From NCBI GenBank assembly GCA_030603385.1, contig JAUVXW010000003.1:124637-188636 (forward strand): a DNA stretch of 64,000 nucleotides, in the 5' to 3' direction. The position numbers were made by a program, and so were the translations under genes. Under the pieces are notes generated by a model. That model searched no databases. It worked only from the letters and a program-made list of their open reading frames with translations, and had not been told where the DNA came from. The stretch is from Promethearchaeota archaeon (GTDB lineage: Archaea; Asgardarchaeota; Lokiarchaeia; Sigyniarchaeales; SOKP01). Positions 1-9,272 of this stretch are shown one piece after another; position 1 is the first letter of the stretch, and the number at the start of each line of letters is the position of its first letter.

Positions 1-248
1 ATTTGATATACTTTGAAAAACTATAAAAATTAATGATGAAAATAAAAATCCAATGACGAAAAGTGATAGACTTATTATAGAATATGCATTATATTTTTCT
101 ATTTTTGTTAACAATGTCGTTCCTCCATTTTTTTGTTATATATGTTTTTTCTTTTGATATATAAATATTAAATAATGAATAATTAATAAAATGTTAGGAT
201 AACTAATTATTTTTCTAATTTTAATTAAAAAATTTTTTTTAAATATTA

Positions 249-1553
249 TTAAGCATCTGTATTTTCAATTATCATTGCAGTTCCTTGTCCACCGCCACAA
301 CACATTGTAGCGAGACCATATTTCGCGTTTTTCTCTTTTAAAATTCTTGCCAATGTACCAACTATTCTGGGGCCTGTTGCTGCTATTGGGTGCCCTATTG
401 AAATGGCACCACCTTTAATATTAATATCGTCAATTTTATCATCTAACCCAACTTCATGAACCCAATTAAGTCCTACACTACCAAACGCCTCATTAATTTC
501 CCAAAAGTCGATATCATCTATAGTTAAGCCCGCATGCTTTAACGCCATCCAAGTTGCAGGAACAGGACCTCTTCCCATAACTGTGGGATCCACCGCACCA
601 TATCCATTCGAAACAATACGAGCTAATGGATCAAGATCATGTTTTTTCATTGCATCTTCTGACATTAATAACAAGGTAGCAGCTCCTGCATTAATTGGGC
701 ATGAATTTCCCGCAGTTACTAGGCCCAGTTCTGTCCCAAACTCTTTAACATATTCATCTTTACTCATGAGTGGTCTATAGTATCCACCATCCCAACCAGG
801 TTTACTTAGAGCTCTTAAATCCTTTGTTCCTTCATAGGTGGCATTTTTCCTGACAGAAAGATCATGCTCAATTAACATAGGAGTATCCTCATCACCTTCA
901 GCATGAGCCATTACAGGGGCAATTTCTCCCTTGAAAAACCCTTCTTCTTGACCTTTAGCAGCTAATTGATGACTGCGAACTGAAAATCTATCATAGTCTT
1001 CTTTAGTGAAAATACCAGCATTCATTTCTGAGAGTTTTTGAGCTGTTTGTAGCATTGAGTACGAGCAACGGAAATCAACGACATCATCAACAAAAAGCTC
1101 ATGTCCTACCCTCATAGCAGGGGGTGTTTCTCTTACCGTTGGACGTTTTGATCGTGACATAGTAGCATTATTTTTCCCAGTCGCTATCACTACATCAGAA
1201 TACCCCATTGCAATATTATTATATCCTATGGAAGCGCAGGTCATTCCTGAACCACATTGCCTATCTAATGCGATAGACGATATTTTTGCTGGAAATTTCG
1301 CTAAAAACAGGGAATATCTTCCTCCAAAGGCTATATTTTCATAATTAAAATGAGTAGCTCCTACATAAAACTCATCTACATCTTCAGGTTTTACTTTATC
1401 TTTTAGACGGTTGTCAAACATATCTATTAATGTTAGAGCAGTCAATTCATCAGGACGTAAGGTTCCAAACGCATCTCTTGCTGGTTCTCTTGGTCGAGAT
1501 CTTGAAAAAGGAGTTCTTACATAATCAGTAATATATACATCTCTTATTTTCAT
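249..1553 (-). CDS. Acetyl-CoA C-acyltransferase (thiolase)
   Basis: RTPF N-terminus; DRQCGSG (nucleophile Cys), EINEAF, GHPIAATG and MCCGGGQG catalytic motifs all intact. Confidence 0.92.
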   Translation of the reverse strand: MKIRDVYITDYVRTPFSRSRPREPARDAFGTLRPDELTALTLIDMFDNRLKDKVKPEDVDEFYVGATHFNYENIAFGGRYSLFLAKFPAKISSIALDRQCGSGMTCASIGYNNIAMGYSDVVIATGKNNATMSRSKRPTVRETPPAMRVGHELFVDDVVDFRCSYSMLQTAQKLSEMNAGIFTKEDYDRFSVRSHQLAAKGQEEGFFKGEIAPVMAHAEGDEDTPMLIEHDLSVRKNATYEGTKDLRALSKPGWDGGYYRPLMSKDEYVKEFGTELGLVTAGNSCPINAGAATLLLMSEDAMKKHDLDPLARIVSNGYGAVDPTVMGRGPVPATWMALKHAGLTIDDIDFWEINEAFGSVGLNWVHEVGLDDKIDDINIKGGAISIGHPIAATGPRIVGTLARILKEKNAKYGLATMCCGGGQGTAMIIENTDA

Positions 1554-1593
1554 ATTTTTTAAACCTCTTTTTATTTTTTACCTCATATTATAC

Positions 1594-2928
1594 TCACATA
1601 TCTATATTCTCAATTACTACAGCTGTTCCCTGACCCCCCGCACATGACATAGCAGCAAGACCATATTTTGCACTCTTCTCTTTAAGAATTCTAGCTAATG
1701 TTGTCGTGATTCTCAGACCCGTAGCGGATGCTGGATTTCCTATCGCTATTGCTCCTCCATGAATATTCATTTTATTTTCCCAATCAATACCTAATTTATT
1801 AGCAGCATTAAGTGCTACAACACTAAAGGATTCATTAATTTCCCAAAAATCAATATCTCCCACTTTTAAACCTGCATGCTCTAAAGCCATTTTGGATGCC
1901 GGTACTACACCTCGTCCCCATACAGTTGGATCTACCCCCGCAAAACCAATTGATATAACCTTCGCCATGGGTTTCAAGTTGTATTCTTCAAGTGCATTTT
2001 TAGATGCTAATAAGCAAAGTGAAGCTCCATTACTTATTGGAGAACTATTTCCTGTTGTAATAATACCCTTCTCTGTTCCAAATTTTGCAATATATGCCTC
2101 TTTAGAAAGTACAGGATTATTATAGCCACCTGCCCATCCTGGAGTGCCTATGGAAGGCATATTTGCAATATTTTCCAAAGTAATCGCCTTTTTGATAGAT
2201 TGATCTATTTCAACCTCAATTTGGGTATCAGGTTCACCTTCTTTATGCCCTTTAAGAGACATAATTTCTTCTTTGAAATATCCATTTTCCAAAGCCTTCG
2301 CTGCTAAATTATGGCTACGTGTACTTAATTTATCCATTTCATCCTTTGTGAGAAGCTCTGCTTCTTCCTCAGCAAGTTTTTGAGCTGCTTGAAACAATAA
2401 CCGACTCGTTTTCCAATCATATAAATCATCATTATACCATTTGCTATCTGGATCAAGCATAAGTTTATCTGGCGGCATCCCATATACTGTTACTTTTCCA
2501 TCGTAACTATGCATTGGTACTCGAGTAAATTGATCAAAACCTAAGGATACCACCACATCGGAATAACCCATTGAAATATTGCCAAAACCAACATGTAAAG
2601 TTGTCATGCCGGAACCGTCTTGTTTGTCAAATATCGTTGCAGGCACATGAAAGGGAAATTTTGCCATAAATATAGGAATCCTTCCCCCAAATGTCCCATG
2701 CTCATGTTGTAATAAAGTACTGCCAATCAAAACCTCAGAAACATTCTCACGTTTGAGTGTGCTTCCCTTGTTTGGTATACGTTTGTCAAACATATCTATC
2801 AAAACATGAGCTGCAAATTCTAATCCCTGCTTATTACTAAAAACATCATCAGCAGGATCCAGAGGATTTGCTTGAGAAAATGGTGTCCTTACATGGTCTA
2901 CTAAATATACTTCTCTTGCTTCCTTCAT
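1594..2928 (-). CDS. Thiolase-family protein with degenerate active site
   Basis: Full-length paralog of 249..1553, but has DKQDGSG (Cys->Asp), GNPASATG (His->Asn), MSCAGGQG (Cys->Ser) and NESF. Confidence 0.88.
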   Translation of the reverse strand: MKEAREVYLVDHVRTPFSQANPLDPADDVFSNKQGLEFAAHVLIDMFDKRIPNKGSTLKRENVSEVLIGSTLLQHEHGTFGGRIPIFMAKFPFHVPATIFDKQDGSGMTTLHVGFGNISMGYSDVVVSLGFDQFTRVPMHSYDGKVTVYGMPPDKLMLDPDSKWYNDDLYDWKTSRLLFQAAQKLAEEEAELLTKDEMDKLSTRSHNLAAKALENGYFKEEIMSLKGHKEGEPDTQIEVEIDQSIKKAITLENIANMPSIGTPGWAGGYNNPVLSKEAYIAKFGTEKGIITTGNSSPISNGASLCLLASKNALEEYNLKPMAKVISIGFAGVDPTVWGRGVVPASKMALEHAGLKVGDIDFWEINESFSVVALNAANKLGIDWENKMNIHGGAIAIGNPASATGLRITTTLARILKEKSAKYGLAAMSCAGGQGTAVVIENIDM

Positions 2929-3061
2929 ATTTTATGTTCTCTTTTTATTTAAAATATAAGATTATAATGTTGAAATTTAACGATAAATAAATATTTTCAT
3001 ATCATTAAAAATAATTATACTAGTTAAAACTAAAAAAAATAAAAAAGAAGTATATTAATTT

Positions 3062-3844
3062 TTACCTTCCCTTAAAGATGGGTTTACGTTTTTCTACAAA
3101 AGAGGTAGCAGCTTCCTTATGGTCTTCAGAAGCATAACATTTGGCATTAAATTCTCCTTCAATCTTTAGCATTTCATCAAAAACCTTATCATAACCTCTA
3201 TGTATCGCTTCCTTCGAAAGGGCCAAAGCAAGTGGTGCTTGTTCTGCTAGATGATTAGCAAACTCCAACGTTTTAGGTAATAACTCTTCATGAGGAAATA
3301 CTGCATTAACCAACCCAATCTTATAAGCTTCATCAGCAAATATACGTTTACCACTAAATATAAGCTCTTTTGCTTTATGAACACCAATAAATTTAGGTAG
3401 TAAAAAACTACCATTCATATCTGGAATTAATCCCATGCGAATGAAGAATTCTCCAAAACTAGCTTTCTCTGATGCGTAAATAATGTCGCAACTTAATGTT
3501 AAATTGGTTCCAAACCCAACTGCTACACCATTTACCGCAGCAATAATTGGCTTGTATAATCGAAAAAAATCATAAGGGTGAATAGTTACAGCACCACCTG
3601 AAGTTTCTTCCCTAAATTTCCCGCTAGCAAACTCTTGAACATCTGCTCCTGCACAAAATGCTTTCCCTGCTCCCGTTATGACAATTACTCTCACGTCAGA
3701 ATCTTCTTTAGCAGCCTTTAGTGAATTTTTCAAATCTGCATTCATTTGTACATTGATAGCATTCATTCTCTCAGGACGATTAAGTGTAATAACCGCCACC
3801 ATACCTTTTTTCTCGTATAGAATAGTTTCATATTCTGGACTCAT
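3062..3844 (-). CDS. Enoyl-CoA hydratase/isomerase (crotonase family, PaaG-like)
   Basis: LNRPERMNA, AFCAGAD, KPIIAAVNG, FVEKRKP; lacks both canonical Glu and has GLIPD Asp. The ATG at 3844 follows a GAAGGTG RBS (the ORF track extends to 3862). Confidence 0.88.
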   Translation of the reverse strand: MSPEYETILYEKKGMVAVITLNRPERMNAINVQMNADLKNSLKAAKEDSDVRVIVITGAGKAFCAGADVQEFASGKFREETSGGAVTIHPYDFFRLYKPIIAAVNGVAVGFGTNLTLSCDIIYASEKASFGEFFIRMGLIPDMNGSFLLPKFIGVHKAKELIFSGKRIFADEAYKIGLVNAVFPHEELLPKTLEFANHLAEQAPLALALSKEAIHRGYDKVFDEMLKIEGEFNAKCYASEDHKEAATSFVEKRKPIFKGR

Positions 3845-4073
3845 AAACAATAACACCTTCAAATAAAAACTATTAAAATTCTGTAATTTGTTAGTTTTTA
3901 GTTTGTATTAAATAAAATTGATTCTTGTACTATTTAATTTTTTTACTTTTTACATTTAGAAGAAACAGCACTAAAATTATCAAGATAAAAAATAAAACTT
4001 TATTATCATACCAATTTAAATAAAATATTGAATGAATATTAACCTAAAAAAAAGTATTATTTGATGATAAAAA

Positions 4074-5204
4074 ATGAGTAGTAAAGCTGAATATGAAAAA
4101 GCTCTTAAAACTTTATTTAAAGCAGGAGGATTTCAATTCCCATTTTCAGAAACTATACATGAAATTCTAAAAATAACTATCAAAGATGAAAATCTAGATT
4201 TCATAATAGCTTTTGAAAACCAGACCTCTCAAACAATGGAGCAATTAAAAGAGAGTAGTGGATTATCTGAAGAAGAAATTCTAGAAAAAGCAGACGCTTT
4301 AGCAAAAATGGGGGTAATAATCAACCAACCTAATCGTAGTGGGGTAATGGTATATCAATTATTCCCTTTTCATAGGCAATTTGAATATATTTTTATGCAA
4401 AACCTTGAAAAAACGGAAGAGAATTATAAGATAGCACGGTTATTCGGTAAATTGAATGAAGAACATAGCGATATTGTCCAATCTCAATATGACGGATATA
4501 GTGCTGCATTGAATCGTATGCCCGCAATGGATCGTACGGTTCCGATATTGGAGGATTTGGAAACAGGTGAAGAAATTAATGTTATTGTAAATGAAGAAAT
4601 AGAAGTGCCAAAAGAAAAAATATTACCGACTCAACAAATTAGAGAACTTATTGAAAAATATGATGATATCGCTGTAGGTAATTGCTACTGTCGTCAACAT
4701 CAAGAATTTCTAGGTAATCCCTGCAAACAAATCGAACTTACACCAAGTTGTATGACCTTAGGTAAATCTGCAAGGCATACTTCTAATCATGGTTTCTCTA
4801 AATTGGTGTCTAAGGAAGAAGCTTTGAAAATTCTTAAAAAATGTGAAGATGCAGGATTAGTCCATAAAGCCTATCATAAATACGGTAATTCATCAGCAGA
4901 GGAAGTCGCAATCTGTAATTGCTGTAACTGTTGTTGCATGACTGCCCGAGATTGCTTAATTTTTCCTGTAGTCAATGAGACAAATTATTTAGCTAGCATC
5001 GATGAAGATTTATGCACAGGATGTGGTACCTGCGTAGATTTATGCTATAATAAAGCGATTGAATTAAATGATGACAATAAAGCGGAAAGAATAGAAGAAT
5101 TCTGTGCAGGATGTGGTGTGTGTGCTTATCATTGCCCTGAAAATGCAATTTCTCTTATCGAAGGACCGAGAATGGTAAGAATGCTCCCTCCACGTAAAAA
5201 TTAA
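4074..5204 (+). CDS. Uncharacterised 4Fe-4S dicluster protein (HTH-like N-terminus, CxCR / ICNCC domain)
   Basis: CYCRQH, GLVH, ICNCCNCCC and two CxxCxxCxxxC ferredoxin motifs; paralog of 28819..29937. Confidence 0.85.
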   Translation: MSSKAEYEKALKTLFKAGGFQFPFSETIHEILKITIKDENLDFIIAFENQTSQTMEQLKESSGLSEEEILEKADALAKMGVIINQPNRSGVMVYQLFPFHRQFEYIFMQNLEKTEENYKIARLFGKLNEEHSDIVQSQYDGYSAALNRMPAMDRTVPILEDLETGEEINVIVNEEIEVPKEKILPTQQIRELIEKYDDIAVGNCYCRQHQEFLGNPCKQIELTPSCMTLGKSARHTSNHGFSKLVSKEEALKILKKCEDAGLVHKAYHKYGNSSAEEVAICNCCNCCCMTARDCLIFPVVNETNYLASIDEDLCTGCGTCVDLCYNKAIELNDDNKAERIEEFCAGCGVCAYHCPENAISLIEGPRMVRMLPPRKN

Positions 5205-5470
5205 ATTTTTTCTTTATTCGTTTTTTTTTAATTGAATGATTCTTATGTATTCTCAAGTCATCGTGAGAGGCTTGCCTTAATCAAATAAATTGAATTTTAT
5301 TGAGAATTACACTTGAAGCATGAGAATAGATTTAAATTTTAATTTTTAGATTAAAAGTTCAAATATGTTTTCTAAGACAATATCTATTCGGGAAGATGGA
5401 TTTAATATGAATAATTATAAATGTATATAAAAAATATAATACTTAATATATAAATGATGGTAATACCAAT

Positions 5471-6229
5471 TTGACTATTATTAATTTTAAAGTGGATGAA
5501 GGGAAAAAGAAGAAAATCGAAGAAATTGCTAAGTTTAAAGGGTATAAAAGTGTCAGCGAATTCATTCGGGAAGCTATTGATGAAAAAATGAATTTGCAAA
5601 AATTAATTGACGACTTTAAAGAAAAAAATCCTCCTATCGATTTAGATAAAATTGACATACCTGATTTCATACCAGATGGAAAGTATTTAGGAATCTCTAG
5701 AAATACAATTGTAGTTATTGGAGATACATTGCAAGAAGTAATGAAAACGCTTTATGAAAAGTTCCCAGAAGCGTCTGCAGGGATTCTACGTAAAGGTAAA
5801 GAAATGGAGCAGTTTGAGACACTATTTTCACAATTTTCTACTGAAAATACCAAATGTTTCCAGCAAGCTGAAATTGCTAAAAGATTTTTTCCTATTTTAG
5901 AAATTTTCATATCACTTAATGGAGATAAAAAGTCTTTACTTGGATTAGTTGATACTGGAGCATCGATCATGGCCCTTGATAGAAAGTTCATTGAAAATTT
6001 TGAATTAAAACCTATTAGAAAAAGTAAAATATTAACTGCGAATGGAATTATTGAAGCACCAATCTATAAAAGCATGTTCCAATATGAAAATCTCTCATAT
6101 GAATTAGAATTCACATCATCTGATACTAGTGGATTACCAATTCAAGTACTAATCGGAAAAAATTTTATTGATAAGTTTAATATACTTTTCCTAGGGAGAG
6201 AAAAATTGTTTTGTATCCAGGCGCTATAA
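5471..6229 (+). CDS. Ribbon-helix-helix / DUF5678-like / retropepsin-like aspartic protease fusion
   Basis: N-terminal INFKVDE...SVSEFIREAI (CopG-type RHH); middle GKYLGISRNTIVVIGDTLQEV; C-terminal LVDTGAS...VLIGKNF clan-AA protease motifs; TTG start. Confidence 0.72.
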   Translation: MTIINFKVDEGKKKKIEEIAKFKGYKSVSEFIREAIDEKMNLQKLIDDFKEKNPPIDLDKIDIPDFIPDGKYLGISRNTIVVIGDTLQEVMKTLYEKFPEASAGILRKGKEMEQFETLFSQFSTENTKCFQQAEIAKRFFPILEIFISLNGDKKSLLGLVDTGASIMALDRKFIENFELKPIRKSKILTANGIIEAPIYKSMFQYENLSYELEFTSSDTSGLPIQVLIGKNFIDKFNILFLGREKLFCIQAL

Positions 6230-6429
6230 ATAATTCTATTTTTGGAAATTCATCGAATATTGAACTAGACATTTGATTCTATCTCATCTTAATTTTTTAA
6301 TTGTTTTTTTTTAAATTGAATAATTCTTGTGTTAAAAGTTGTTTAAAAAAATCTTAATACATGTAAATAATATAAATAATAGAAAAGAGATTTAATAATT
6401 AAAGAAGTGAAATTTAGCTAAGAATTCTA

Positions 6430-6834
6430 ATGGATAATTTAAGAATTAAGCGATATCATGATAAAATAAACCATGTAATAGATTATATAAAGGATTTACC
6501 AATAGAACCAAAAAACGAACTTGAAAAACGTGGGATATTTTATTCCTTACAAACATCCATTGAAGCAATTGTAGATTTAATTGCAATGCTTATTAAAGAT
6601 TTAGGAATTCAAGTTAAAGATGATGTTGCCAATATTTCGGAAATTGTCAAAGTTAGAAAACTAAAATCAGAGTTAGGAGAAAACTTAAAAAAAGCTAATG
6701 GTATGCGAAATATTATAGTCCATCGTTATAATAATTTTGAAGAACAAATAATCCTAAATTCTGTCGAAGAAATAAAAGATCTTTTATATCAATGGATAAA
6801 AATTGTGGAGGAAATATTAAATGAAACTATATAA
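6430..6834 (+). CDS. HEPN/DUF86 (HepT-like) ribonuclease toxin
   Basis: YSLQTSIEAIVD helix and RNIIVHRY = R-x4-H-x-Y motif. Confidence 0.88.
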   Translation: MDNLRIKRYHDKINHVIDYIKDLPIEPKNELEKRGIFYSLQTSIEAIVDLIAMLIKDLGIQVKDDVANISEIVKVRKLKSELGENLKKANGMRNIIVHRYNNFEEQIILNSVEEIKDLLYQWIKIVEEILNETI

Positions 6835-7219
6835 GATAGCGGAATTAAGGGAAAATTTAAGATCACTAAAGCAGAATTATGACGTGATTATATTTGGATC
6901 CCAAGTGGAAGGTGGAGCACGCCCAAATTCAGACATTGACATTGCTGTGATTTCACGTGAAAATGTTATAGAAAAAAATATTAACTTGCAAAAAGAACTT
7001 TTAGGAAAATTTTCTTCAAAATTTGACGTTCGCGTATTTGAATTATTTCCAATCTATATTCAAATTTCTATTATTGACCACTATGAAGTTATTTTTGGAG
7101 ATATTTTAGAGATTTCTGAATATTTTTATACTTTTCGCAAAAAATGGGACGATTGTAAACACCGGATATTATCAAATCAGTTTTCAAGTTATCAAGAGCG
7201 TCTTTCTTTAATTAAATAA
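6821..7219 (+). CDS. Minimal nucleotidyltransferase (MntA-like antitoxin)
   Basis: FGSQVEGGARPNSDID = GS-x10-DxD; overlaps the HEPN gene by 14 nt. Confidence 0.88.
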   Translation: MKLYKIAELRENLRSLKQNYDVIIFGSQVEGGARPNSDIDIAVISRENVIEKNINLQKELLGKFSSKFDVRVFELFPIYIQISIIDHYEVIFGDILEISEYFYTFRKKWDDCKHRILSNQFSSYQERLSLIK

Positions 7220-7308
7220 AGATTGAGAATTACTTTCCAAATGAATGTGGGTTACTAATTAATTTTAATAAAAAGATGATAAAAAGAAAAAAAGAATGAT
7301 TTTTTAAA

Positions 7309-8139
7309 TTACTCTACAATGGCGTAGGCATTACCAAGTACAACTGGGCCTCGGTCAGTTCGTACTTGAATGATATGACGACCGTTATCCTTCCAACCTT
7401 CTGTTGTGAGGGTCTCTCCAGGAAACACGACATCTTTAAATCTTGCACTGAATTCTTTAAAACGAGAAACATCCCCATTACATAGTCCATTTACAATAGC
7501 ACGTGTAGCAATCCCATATGTACATAAACCATGAAGGATTGGTTTTGGTTGACCTGCCATTTTAGCAAAATTCGGATCTATATGTAGTGGATTAAAATCT
7601 CCATTTAGTCTATAAAATGCTGCTTGATTTGTACTGGTCTGATAAGAAATGCTAAAATCTGGTTCTACTCCTTCGGGAGGAATTATGGGCTCAGTTTTTG
7701 GCCCTGGGTCCCCACCGAAACCTCCTGAACCACCAACGAAAAAGCCATACCTTGTATCAAATATATGCTCACCTTCTGACGAATATCCGGATATTTTTGT
7801 ATGTATGACAGCAGCTTTACCTTTATCGTATATATGTTCTATAACGGCTTTTGTATTTATTGTTCCATTTGGTTTAAAAGGTACATAAAGACGGATTAAT
7901 TGCTCACCATGTAATAATCGGACAAAATCAGTTCCCTTTGGGAAAAGTAGTCCGCTACCTGCTACTATCGTTGCAAAACTCGGAAACACTTTCATACCGC
8001 CTTTTACTCTTTCATAAACAAAGGATAAATCTTCTGCTTGTGCACCAATTCCCAAATTATACAAGGCACTCATTTTCCAATCATACTTAAATGTTCCCTC
8101 TCTTGTTTGTCCTACTGAATTTAAATCTATTTTTGACAT
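7309..8139 (-). CDS. MaoC-family (R)-specific enoyl-CoA hydratase 2 (double hot-dog)
   Basis: LYNLGIG, LHGEQ, YRLNGDFNPLHIDP, PILHGLCTYG. Confidence 0.9.
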   Translation of the reverse strand: MSKIDLNSVGQTREGTFKYDWKMSALYNLGIGAQAEDLSFVYERVKGGMKVFPSFATIVAGSGLLFPKGTDFVRLLHGEQLIRLYVPFKPNGTINTKAVIEHIYDKGKAAVIHTKISGYSSEGEHIFDTRYGFFVGGSGGFGGDPGPKTEPIIPPEGVEPDFSISYQTSTNQAAFYRLNGDFNPLHIDPNFAKMAGQPKPILHGLCTYGIATRAIVNGLCNGDVSRFKEFSARFKDVVFPGETLTTEGWKDNGRHIIQVRTDRGPVVLGNAYAIVE

Positions 8140-8259
8140 TCCGATTTTTCACTTATTTTTATAAGTTGAATTCTTTGAGTAATTATACTAAATACAGATC
8201 AAATTAAAAATAATTTCTAAAAAAAGGTAAATAAAAGGGATTTGAAATGCAAATTTATT

Positions 8260-9099
8260 TTACTCTACAACAGCGTATGCATTACCTAAAACTGTTGATC
8301 TTTCAGTTTTTACTTGGATTATATAGCGTCCGTTATCTTTCCAGCCTTCTGTTGTCAAAGTTTCACCAGGATATACCTCGCTAGTAAATCTTGCTTTAAA
8401 TTCTTTAAAACGTGAAACATCTCCATCACAAAGACCATAAACTATAGACCTTGTGGCATAGCCATAGGTACATAATCCGTGAAGGATCGGTCTGTCAAAT
8501 CTTCCACTTCTCTTAGCAAATACAGGATCTAAATGTAACGGGTTGTAATCGCCACTTAATCTATATATAGCTGCTTGATTTATATTGGTTTTATATGATA
8601 AACTAAAATCTGGTTCTTTTCCCTCAGGAGGATCTAACGGTTCAGCTTTGGGACCACGATCTCCACCCCAACCACCTTCACCAATATAGAAATGAACATA
8701 TTTGGCGTCGAAAATATGTTCGCCATCAGGAGTTCTACCCGACATTCTAGTATGAATAACAGCAGCTTTCCCCTTATCAAACATATTTTCGCATACACCT
8801 TTGACTTTTAATTCCCCTTCAGATGGAAAAGGCTTAACAAGTTTTATCATTTGTTCTCCATGGATAAATCGCGCACCATCAACTGGCTTACTACTAAATC
8901 TTGGGAATCCTGCTCCCGCGAGAATACAGGCATAACTAGGAAAGACTTGCACACCTCCAGGTGTTCGCTCATAAACAAACTTAAGTTCATCTGGTTGAGC
9001 ACCAATCCCGAGATTATAGAGTATTACGTCTTTCCAAGTATATTTAATGGTTCTTTCTTCAGTTTCTTTACCAATAATATCTAAATTTAAACTTGTCAT
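8260..9099 (-). CDS. MaoC-family (R)-specific enoyl-CoA hydratase 2
   Basis: IHGEQ, YRLSGDYNPLHLDP, PILHGLCTYG; tandem paralog. Confidence 0.9.
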   Translation of the reverse strand: MTSLNLDIIGKETEERTIKYTWKDVILYNLGIGAQPDELKFVYERTPGGVQVFPSYACILAGAGFPRFSSKPVDGARFIHGEQMIKLVKPFPSEGELKVKGVCENMFDKGKAAVIHTRMSGRTPDGEHIFDAKYVHFYIGEGGWGGDRGPKAEPLDPPEGKEPDFSLSYKTNINQAAIYRLSGDYNPLHLDPVFAKRSGRFDRPILHGLCTYGYATRSIVYGLCDGDVSRFKEFKARFTSEVYPGETLTTEGWKDNGRYIIQVKTERSTVLGNAYAVVE

Positions 9100-9272
9100 T
9101 TTTACTACTCACTAATTTTTAGATTTTTTTTAATTAATTTATATTTCGAATAATTAATTAATCATTTCAATTAAACATTATTTCTGCTTAATTTCTCTGG
9201 AGTTAAGTTACAATGAAAGAAACAACATAAAAATAGAAAAAAAAGAAAAAATTGTTAATATTTTTTTAGAAA

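Noticed and set aside
1-248. AT-rich non-coding start of the window
   Set aside because: No recognisable RNA gene, repeat or ORF
5471-6229. Retroelement origin for the DTGA protease
   Set aside because: No reverse transcriptase, integrase, gag or LTR-like repeats nearby; cellular clan-AA proteases are common in prokaryotes
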